This document shows positions 1 through 6,367 of a stretch of DNA of 13,790 nucleotides, one piece after another. The notes under the pieces were generated by a model. The model saw only the letters and a list, made by a program, of their open reading frames with translations. It did not search any database and was not told where the DNA came from. The first letter of the stretch is position 1, and every line of letters begins with the position of its first letter. This DNA comes from Campylobacterota bacterium (lineage in GTDB: Bacteria > Campylobacterota > Campylobacteria > Campylobacterales > Arcobacteraceae): positions 1 to 13,790 of the forward strand of contig JBNJFB010000056.1 in NCBI GenBank assembly GCA_051746405.1. The letters are read 5' to 3'. The translations under genes were made by a program, and so were the position numbers.

Positions 1-68
1 TTTTAAATGAGATGCCAAAACAACACTTTGGAATTGGTGGAGAAAGTGTAAAAAAGATGGGACGATAG
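1..68 (+). CDS. dmpI: 4-oxalocrotonate tautomerase (2-hydroxymuconate tautomerase), 3' end; 5' part lies outside the window
   Basis: Frame from position 3 reads LNEMPKQHFGIGGESVKKMGR* (TAG at 66-68), matching the C-terminal EMxKxHFGIGG signature of XylH/DmpI tautomerases. A meta-cleavage hydrolase lies two genes downstream. Confidence 0.85.
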   Translation, partial: LNEMPKQHFGIGGESVKKMGR

Positions 69-69
69 A

Positions 70-1077
70 GTGTTAAAACTAAGTGTATTAGATCAATCTC
101 CTATTCATGATGGGAAAGAAGCAAAACAAGGCTTATTTGATACTATAAAACTTGCTAAGCTTTGTGAAGAGTTAGGTTATCATAGATATTTATTAGCAGA
201 GCATCATGATACTCCTGGTTATGCTTCTTCCTCTCCTGAGATCATGATAGGTGCAATTGCAGCTAATACTTCTAAAATTAGAGTTGGTAGTGGTGGAGTT
301 ATGCTTAATCACTACAGCTCTTTTAAAGTAGCAGAGACATTTAATACACTTAGTGCTTTATATGATAATAGAATTGATTTAGGTGTGGGAAGAGCTAGTG
401 GAGGTAGCTACTTAGCTACAAGAGCACTACATACAAGCTTTAGTGATTATTCAAAAAAAGCATATGATCTTATTAATTTTTTAGATGGAACTACCCCTAA
501 AAGCTCTGAATTTAGCAAATTACACTTATGTCCTATTCAAGAAAATAGTACTCCTGTATATTTATTAGGTTCAAGTAACTCAAGTTCATCTTTAGCAGGT
601 GTTTTAGGAGTAGGTTTTATACTAGCACTATTTATAGGAATCGATAAAAAGAGTCCTAAAATATTTCAAGATTATAAAAATAGTTTTAATAAAAGTCAGA
701 ATTTTAAAAAACCAAAAGCTAGTATTGCAGTTGCTTGTATAGTAGCAGAAGATAAAGAAGAAGCCCAATATATAGCTAGCTCTCATACTTTTTGGAAGCT
801 ACAAGCGTTTAAGCACCCTAAAAGAGATGGATTACAAACTCCACAAAAAGTTCAAGAGTTATTAAAAAATTTGAGTTATGAAGATAGGCAGTATTATAAA
901 AAAACAATGAATAGTATGATATTAGGAAATGCAAAAGAGTGCAAAGAACAAATAGAGAAATTAGCTTTAGAGTATGAAGTTGATGAGGTAATTGTTGTGA
1001 ATGTGACTTATTCTTTTGAGCATAGAAAAAGATCATATGAACTTTTAGCAAAAGAGTTTAAATTAAACAAGGAGTAA
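70..1077 (+). CDS. LLM-class flavin-dependent oxidoreductase (luciferase-like monooxygenase, YhbW/MsnO8-like group)
   Basis: Motifs LSVLDQSPI, LAEHH, IRVGSGGVMLNHYS, RIDLGVGRA and C-terminal SYELLA are typical of this LLM group. GTG start 1 nt after the upstream stop. Confidence 0.9.
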   Translation: MLKLSVLDQSPIHDGKEAKQGLFDTIKLAKLCEELGYHRYLLAEHHDTPGYASSSPEIMIGAIAANTSKIRVGSGGVMLNHYSSFKVAETFNTLSALYDNRIDLGVGRASGGSYLATRALHTSFSDYSKKAYDLINFLDGTTPKSSEFSKLHLCPIQENSTPVYLLGSSNSSSSLAGVLGVGFILALFIGIDKKSPKIFQDYKNSFNKSQNFKKPKASIAVACIVAEDKEEAQYIASSHTFWKLQAFKHPKRDGLQTPQKVQELLKNLSYEDRQYYKKTMNSMILGNAKECKEQIEKLALEYEVDEVIVVNVTYSFEHRKRSYELLAKEFKLNKE

Positions 1078-1081
1078 TAAA

Positions 1082-1900
1082 ATGTCGAATCCAGAAATAG
1101 GAAAAAGTATAAAAACAGGAAGTTTTAATACAAACTATCACGATTTAGGAGAGGGTGAACCTGTAATTTTCATACATGGTTCAGGTCCAGGAGTATCTGC
1201 TTATGCAAACTGGAGATTAGCTATGTCAGAAGTTTCTAAAAACTATAGAATGATTGCACCTGATATGGTTGGTTTTGGATATAGTGATAGACCAGATGGT
1301 ATTAAATATAATATGGATGTTTGGGCACAACAAATTATAGATTTGATGGATGGTCTGAATATTAAAAAAACACACTTAGTTGGTAACTCATTTGGTGGAG
1401 GATTAGCCTTAAGGTTAGCTATAAAGTACCCACAAAGATTTGATAAGATTGTTTTAATGGGAGCAATGGGTGTTGAGTTTGAATTAACTGCAGGACTTGA
1501 CCAAGCATGGGGATACACACCAAGTATTGAGAATATGAAAGCTTTACTTGATACTTTTGCTTACAGTAGAGAGCTTGTTACAGATGATTTAGCAAAGATG
1601 AGATATGAAGCTAGTATTAGACCTGGTTTTCAAGAGTCATTTAGCTCAATGTTTCCCTATCCTAGACAAAATAGTGTAAAAGATATGGCAAGTGATGAAA
1701 AGGATATAGCAGCTATTAATAAAGAGGTTTTAATTATTCATGGTAGAGATGATAAGGTAATTCCTTTTGAAAACTCTATTAGACTACATCATCTAATTGA
1801 AAAGTCCCAACTTCATAGTTTTGGACAGTGTGGACACTGGAGTCAAATTGAACATAAAAATAGGTTTAATAAACTCTTAATAGATTTTTTTAGTGAGTAA
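1082..1900 (+). CDS. dmpD: Meta-cleavage product hydrolase (2-hydroxymuconic semialdehyde hydrolase, CumD/TodF/XylF/DmpD type)
   Basis: HGSGPG oxyanion motif, ANWR, nucleophile elbow GNSFGG (Ser103), Asp224 in HGRDD, His252 in CGHWSQIEH. SD AAGGAG at 1069-1074. Confidence 0.93.
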   Translation: MSNPEIGKSIKTGSFNTNYHDLGEGEPVIFIHGSGPGVSAYANWRLAMSEVSKNYRMIAPDMVGFGYSDRPDGIKYNMDVWAQQIIDLMDGLNIKKTHLVGNSFGGGLALRLAIKYPQRFDKIVLMGAMGVEFELTAGLDQAWGYTPSIENMKALLDTFAYSRELVTDDLAKMRYEASIRPGFQESFSSMFPYPRQNSVKDMASDEKDIAAINKEVLIIHGRDDKVIPFENSIRLHHLIEKSQLHSFGQCGHWSQIEHKNRFNKLLIDFFSE

Positions 1901-1938
1901 TAGAAAATAGATTACTAATTTAATCAACTCTTTAGTAA

Positions 1939-1971
1939 TGCGATTAAATTGCGATTAGTATTAGTTATAAT
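1939..1971 (+). promoter_or_regulatory. Putative promoter with tandem TGCGAT direct-repeat operator (copy 1)
   Basis: TGCGAT at 1939-1944 and 1950-1955 (11-bp period), then 10 nt, then TATAAT at 1966-1971. Confidence 0.65.
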
Positions 1972-1977
1972 TATACT

Positions 1978-2154
1978 TATAGGTGAAGATGATAAATCTA
2001 GTTGAAGTGTTTCGCCTATATATTTTAACTTATCAATGCTTCCTGCTTTAAGCTCATTTACTTCAACTAGTAACTTATTATATGATATAAGTTCTCCTTT
2101 CAACAAAAGTTATTTGACATTGGGACACAGTAGAAATTTGTGTCCCTAATTTTT
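1978..2154 (+). ncRNA. Candidate structured small RNA (~175 nt)
   Basis: Bounded by a -10 box (1966-1971) and a terminator-like hairpin (2122-2154). Stems 1978-1987/2011-2020 and 1998-2008/2060-2070, hairpin 2072-2078/2087-2093, anti-SD-like TTCTCCTTT at 2092-2100. The ORF track shows no + strand ORF here. Confidence 0.55.
2122..2154 (+). terminator. Probable intrinsic terminator of the candidate sRNA
   Basis: GGGACACA (2122-2129) pairs with TGTGTCCC (2139-2146), followed by TAATTTTT (imperfect U tail). Confidence 0.6.
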
Positions 2155-2158
2155 AAAG

Positions 2159-2191
2159 TGCGATAATTTTGCGATTAAATTCAATTAGAAT
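2159..2191 (+). promoter_or_regulatory. Putative porin promoter with tandem TGCGAT direct-repeat operator (copy 2)
   Basis: TGCGAT at 2159-2164 and 2170-2175, then 10 nt, then TAGAAT at 2186-2191. Spacing is identical to copy 1. Confidence 0.6.
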
Positions 2192-2265
2192 CTTTAATGT
2201 AGAGTACCAACTATAATTGCGCGTGTATGGTAGTCTAAACAATTTCGAAATCTTGGGGAGATAAA

Positions 2266-3414
2266 ATGAGAAAAATTACAAAAATAAGTGCAGCTGCATG
2301 TTTAATACTTAGTAGTTCTGTTTTTGCAGATACTTTAGAAGAGGCATTTTCAAATTCAAAAGTAAAGGGTGAACTAAAAGCACAATATTTTGATAGACAA
2401 GATGATACAGGTTCTAGTGATGATATTCTAGTTTCAGGTGGTAATTTAAATGTAGTTACTGGATCTTTTTATGGATTAAATGCTGGAGCAACAGTTCAAA
2501 TGACTCATGTAGTTTCTGATTCAGATAAAACAATTTTTGATGGCGATATGAAAGCTTCTGGTACTGTAATGTCTGAATTATATTTAGGGTATAAAATCTC
2601 TAATACATCTATTAAAGTAGGTAGACAGTATATTACTACTCCTTTAGTTGCCGGTTCTGGCTCTAGAATGATTAAACAATCTTTTGAAGGTGTAACCGTA
2701 GTAAATACTGATCTTCCAAGTACTACTTTAGTAGCTGGATATGTTGATAAGTTTCAAGATAGAACAGATAATGCTGGAAACCCTGGTGAATTTAATCAGT
2801 TTGAAGATGGAGCATGGACATTATATGGAAAAAACAGTTCTGTTAAGAATTTAACTATTCAAGGGCAATATTTAGATGTAAAAGGAACTACATCTGCAAT
2901 TGATAAAGATGCTTTATATTTAGATGCTGCTTATAATGCAGGTCCTCTAACTGTTTCTGCACAAGTTATTGATTCAACAAATGGAAATACTGACGGTAGA
3001 TTATACGGAGCAAAAGTTTCAGGTAATGTTGGTATGGTTAACTTAAGTGGTATTTACACTACAACTACTGATGATGGAAAAGTTTATAAGGGTGCTGGTT
3101 CTGGCGCTGATTCATCATTTACTGCATTACCAGTTAATGGTGGTGATGTAACTTATACTGCTGATACAAATACAATGGTTGCTGTTGGAGCAACACAGGT
3201 TTCGAAAGCTACATTAGTAGCTTACTATGGTGTAGTAGATGCAGAAGATAATACAAATGCTTTACCATATGAAGAGATTAAAGCTTGGGGTGGTTTTGTT
3301 CAATATCCATTTAGCAAAAACTTCTCTGCAAAAGTTATGTATGAAACAGCTTCTTTTGATACTAACTTAAAGGATTTAGAAGAGTTAAGAGTTTACACTT
3401 CATATAAATTTTAG
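2266..3414 (+). CDS. Outer membrane porin, OprD/Campylobacterota MOMP-like family
   Basis: Sec signal peptide ending VFA, mature N-terminus DTLEEAFSNSKVKGELKAQYF, motif KVGRQYITTPL, amphipathic beta strands, C-terminal YKF. SD GGGGAG upstream. Confidence 0.9.
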   Translation: MRKITKISAAACLILSSSVFADTLEEAFSNSKVKGELKAQYFDRQDDTGSSDDILVSGGNLNVVTGSFYGLNAGATVQMTHVVSDSDKTIFDGDMKASGTVMSELYLGYKISNTSIKVGRQYITTPLVAGSGSRMIKQSFEGVTVVNTDLPSTTLVAGYVDKFQDRTDNAGNPGEFNQFEDGAWTLYGKNSSVKNLTIQGQYLDVKGTTSAIDKDALYLDAAYNAGPLTVSAQVIDSTNGNTDGRLYGAKVSGNVGMVNLSGIYTTTTDDGKVYKGAGSGADSSFTALPVNGGDVTYTADTNTMVAVGATQVSKATLVAYYGVVDAEDNTNALPYEEIKAWGGFVQYPFSKNFSAKVMYETASFDTNLKDLEELRVYTSYKF

Positions 3415-3443
3415 TAATTTAGTATAGTATAAAAGCTATTTTT

Positions 3444-3475
3444 AAGGGTTCAAGTATATACTTGAACCCTTTTTT
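3444..3475 (+). terminator. Intrinsic terminator after the porin gene
   Basis: Perfect 28-bp palindrome AAGGGTTCAAGTAT/ATACTTGAACCCTT (3444-3471) running into a T tract. Confidence 0.9.
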
Positions 3476-3503
3476 AATTTAAATTTTTTCAAAAGAAGTA
3501 ATT

Positions 3504-4391
3504 ATGCAGTATTATATATTTTTAGTTTTAGCAGTACTATTTTGGTCAGGAAACTTTGTTTTTGGCCGATTGGTGTCAACAAGTGTTGAGCCCTTGCAGT
3601 TATCATTTTTTAGATGGTTTTTTGTACTTATTTTATTAGCACCATATTTAATTTTTAACTACAAAAGAGTTATCTCTATTTTTAAAAAAGATTATATTAT
3701 TTTAATTGTTTTAGGCTCTTTGGGAATTGCTGGATTTAATACATTTTTATACTTTGGATTAAAAACAACAGAGGCTATAAATGCTTTACTTATTAACTCA
3801 TTTATTCCCATTATGATTGTAATTTTATCTGCTATTATATTAAAAGAGAAAGTTACTAGACTTCAATTAATAGGGATTTTTATATCAACGTTGGGGGTTG
3901 TTTTTTTGATAACAAAAGGGCAATTAAAATATCTTTTAAGCTTAGAGTTTTCAACAGGTGATTTATGGATACTCACAGCTGGTCTTTGTTGGTCTTTTTA
4001 TTCAATTTTTCTAAAGTTTAAGCCAAAAGAGATAGTTGCTTTTGATTTTCTTGGGATTACTACTTTTATTGGAGTTGTGATCTTAAGTGTTGCATTTTTT
4101 GGCAAAGGGTATAGTTTTGAGTTAAATTTTATTAGCAATGACGATGTTTTGTATTCACTTATTTATATTATTATATTTCCATCAATTTTATCATTCTATT
4201 TTTGGAATACAGCTATTGGTGAAGTTGGTGCTAATAAAGCAGGGCAATTTGCTCACTTAATGCCCATATTTGGATCTGTTTTAGCTTATATATTCTTAAA
4301 TGAACGATTGCAAACTTATCATTTAATTGGTGCAAGTTTTATTGCACTTGGTATTTATCTATCAATTTTTTATAAGAAAAGAGCAAAATGA
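3504..4391 (+). CDS. DMT superfamily transporter (EamA/RhaT family)
   Basis: 295 aa with about ten hydrophobic segments; motifs LFWSGNFVFGR, FFRW, GLKTTEAINA, ILKEK, IFLNE typical of two EamA repeats. Confidence 0.92.
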   Translation: MQYYIFLVLAVLFWSGNFVFGRLVSTSVEPLQLSFFRWFFVLILLAPYLIFNYKRVISIFKKDYIILIVLGSLGIAGFNTFLYFGLKTTEAINALLINSFIPIMIVILSAIILKEKVTRLQLIGIFISTLGVVFLITKGQLKYLLSLEFSTGDLWILTAGLCWSFYSIFLKFKPKEIVAFDFLGITTFIGVVILSVAFFGKGYSFELNFISNDDVLYSLIYIIIFPSILSFYFWNTAIGEVGANKAGQFAHLMPIFGSVLAYIFLNERLQTYHLIGASFIALGIYLSIFYKKRAK

Positions 4392-5677
4392 GTATAGATT
4401 TAAATAAAGTTAGTTCATTTCTGATTTTTATCTCTTTTTTACTATCTTTATTTGCCTATTTTATAAATGAAGAGTATAAAATAGTTGCAAGTGCTTTTAT
4501 ATGGGTATCTTTTTTTATTTCATATAAGCAACTTTCAAATAAAAAGTTAGTTTTAATATTAGCTGTTATCTCTTTTTTTATCTATCTTTTTTCGTACTAC
4601 AACTCTTTTAAAATTGATTATGAAAGGCTTTTTACTGTAAATCAATACTTACTAACTTTGCTTATTGGAGTTAGTTTTTTAAGATTAATAGCAACTCCAA
4701 AAAAACAAGAAAATACAAAAACTCCTAAAGGGAAAAGCTCTTTTTTTAAAACATACTTTAAGGTGCATCTTTTTGGTTCGATTATAAATATGTCATCATT
4801 AATAATTGTTGCAGATAAGATGTATAAAAGAAGTAAATTAGGTGATTTACAAATAGTATTATTAACAAGAGCTTTTTCAACTGATGCGTTATGGTCAATG
4901 TTTTTTGTGGCATTTGCAGCAACTATTACCTATGCTCCAAATTTAAAAGAAGAGGTTATTATAATAAATGGACTTATTATGGCTTTTATTGGTTTTTTAA
5001 TAACCTATTTTGAAGTGATAAGAAGTAAAAAGTTTGATATAGGTAGTTTTGAGGGGTATCCAATATCTTTAAGTAGTTTAGTTTTGCCTGTATGTTTAGC
5101 TTTTATGGTATTAGTTGCAAAGTATTTTAATAGTGATTTGAAAGTTATTTTATTGATTGCACTTTTCTCTTTTGTATTGACTTTTTTGGCTTTAATCTTT
5201 AAGAATAAGCAAAAATCATATAAAAAATTAAAAGAGTTTGTTTTAACTAGTTTATATAGTATGAAAAATGAGATTGCACTATTTTTAGTTGCAGGAGTTT
5301 TTGGGGTATTAGTTGGTAGCTTATTGGTTGGGTTAGATATAAAGGTTCCTTTTGAGCAGTTTAATCTATTTTGGGCCTCTTTGCTTTTAGCTTTTTTTGT
5401 GATTTTATCATTTGTTGGTGTACATCCTATAATAACTATAGCTGCAATTGGTGACTTTTTAGCAGATACAAATCATACTATATTAGCAACTGTTTTTTTA
5501 ATATCTTGGTCTATTACAGTTGTTGCTTCACCCTTTAGTGGGCTTAATTTAACAATGATATCAAGGTATAATTTAGGTATGTTCAAAATTTTTAGATTAA
5601 ATATTCTATACTCATTAATACTATTTATAGTTTCAATATTCTCTCTTTACATTCTGTTAAATTTCATAAAGTTATAA
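4388..5677 (+). CDS. Polytopic inner membrane protein, probable secondary transporter of unknown substrate
   Basis: 429 aa, highly hydrophobic throughout; segments HLFGSIINMSS, TRAFSTDALWS, SFVGVHPI, SPFSGLN. ATGA overlap with the EamA stop suggests translational coupling. Confidence 0.7.
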   Translation: MSIDLNKVSSFLIFISFLLSLFAYFINEEYKIVASAFIWVSFFISYKQLSNKKLVLILAVISFFIYLFSYYNSFKIDYERLFTVNQYLLTLLIGVSFLRLIATPKKQENTKTPKGKSSFFKTYFKVHLFGSIINMSSLIIVADKMYKRSKLGDLQIVLLTRAFSTDALWSMFFVAFAATITYAPNLKEEVIIINGLIMAFIGFLITYFEVIRSKKFDIGSFEGYPISLSSLVLPVCLAFMVLVAKYFNSDLKVILLIALFSFVLTFLALIFKNKQKSYKKLKEFVLTSLYSMKNEIALFLVAGVFGVLVGSLLVGLDIKVPFEQFNLFWASLLLAFFVILSFVGVHPIITIAAIGDFLADTNHTILATVFLISWSITVVASPFSGLNLTMISRYNLGMFKIFRLNILYSLILFIVSIFSLYILLNFIKL

Positions 5678-5719
5678 AAAAATCATACGATTATCATAAG
5701 TATACAATAAAATTGCATA

Positions 5720-5795
5720 CATTAAAAAGGTAGATGCATTCTCATTTGTATCCTTTTTTGCTTCCTAAACTATAAATTTTTGCATCTACCTTCTT
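5720..5795 (+). ncRNA. Candidate small RNA: 12-bp stem enclosing a 42-nt pyrimidine-rich loop
   Basis: AAGGTAGATGCA (5727-5738) is the exact reverse complement of TGCATCTACCTT (5781-5792). Upstream are ATCATA repeats at 5682 and 5693 (11-bp period) and TAAAAT at 5708-5713. Confidence 0.45.
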
Positions 5796-5799
5796 ATTG

Positions 5800-6315
5800 T
5801 TAAAAAACTACTCTTTTAGCTTTCCAATAATGTTTTTTAAAGTAACTATTGTTTAATGATGAGATTATTACTCCTTTACTTGTTGAAGCGTGCATAAACT
5901 TGCCATTATCTAAATAGATTCCAACGTGCCTAGAGTCTTGACCTGTTTTAAAAAATAGTAAATCTCCCAATCTTAAAGAGCTTTTATTTATATATTTTCC
6001 AACTTTATGTTGATATCTTGTAGTTCGTGGGATATTTAAATCAAAGCTATTTTTATAAGCTTTTTGAACAAATGCAGAACAGTCAATTCCGCTTTTAGAG
6101 TCTCCTCCCCATTTATATCTAACTCCTCTCCATTCATTATAAAACCCTTTTAATTGATTATTGGTTTTAAGTAGAGTATTTTTAAGTGATGCACTAGGAA
6201 AAGGAAGATTATCTAACTCTTTATAGCTACTTATAAATTTTTTTGTACTATTTTTATTAGAACAAGCTGTTATAAAAAATAAGCATATGAGACTAAGGAT
6301 TATTGATTTTATCAT
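5800..6315 (-). CDS. NlpC/P60 family lipoprotein (Spr/MepS-like peptidoglycan endopeptidase)
   Basis: Lipobox ITAC; YKWGG, DCS (catalytic Cys), PRTT, GDLLFF, HVGIY, MHAS. The ATG at 6315 gives a normal-length signal peptide (the track starts at GTG 6330). Confidence 0.93.
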   Translation of the reverse strand: MIKSIILSLICLFFITACSNKNSTKKFISSYKELDNLPFPSASLKNTLLKTNNQLKGFYNEWRGVRYKWGGDSKSGIDCSAFVQKAYKNSFDLNIPRTTRYQHKVGKYINKSSLRLGDLLFFKTGQDSRHVGIYLDNGKFMHASTSKGVIISSLNNSYFKKHYWKAKRVVF

Positions 6316-6335
6316 GATGTATATTACCACAAAAA

Positions 6336-6344
6336 TGTTATAAT
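6336..6344 (+). promoter_or_regulatory. Extended -10 promoter element (TGnTATAAT)
   Basis: TGTTATAAT at 6336-6344, upstream of SD AAAGGA (6356-6361) and ATG 6368. Confidence 0.6.
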
Positions 6345-6367
6345 CTATTTTAATGAAAGGATTAAAA

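Noticed and set aside
818..1051. 77-aa minus-strand ORF
   Set aside because: Entirely antisense to the well-supported LLM gene.
1243..1518. 91-aa minus-strand ORF
   Set aside because: Antisense shadow of the hydrolase gene.
1911..1939. Inverted repeat ATTACTAA-N13-TTAGTAAT after the hydrolase stop
   Set aside because: Weak AT-rich stem with no U tail; cannot be called a terminator or operator with any confidence.
1924..2106. 60-aa minus-strand ORF in the hydrolase-porin gap
   Set aside because: TTG start with no upstream SD and no recognisable domain (only a faint resemblance to winged-helix regulator tails). The + strand promoter, structure and terminator explain the region better. Not fully excluded.
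2114..2119. Perfect TTGACA hexamer
   Set aside because: No -10 box at a 16-18 nt spacing; it sits at the base of the terminator hairpin.
1978..2265. Known riboswitch controlling the porin
   Set aside because: I recognise no aptamer consensus (TPP, cobalamin, c-di-GMP, Moco, glycine), and a second promoter lies between the terminator and the porin. An Rfam scan would settle it.
5727..5792. Simple bidirectional terminator or MITE reading of the 12-bp inverted repeat
   Set aside because: The 42-nt loop is atypical for an intrinsic terminator; there is no obvious target-site duplication, second copy or transposase in the window. A termination role is still possible.
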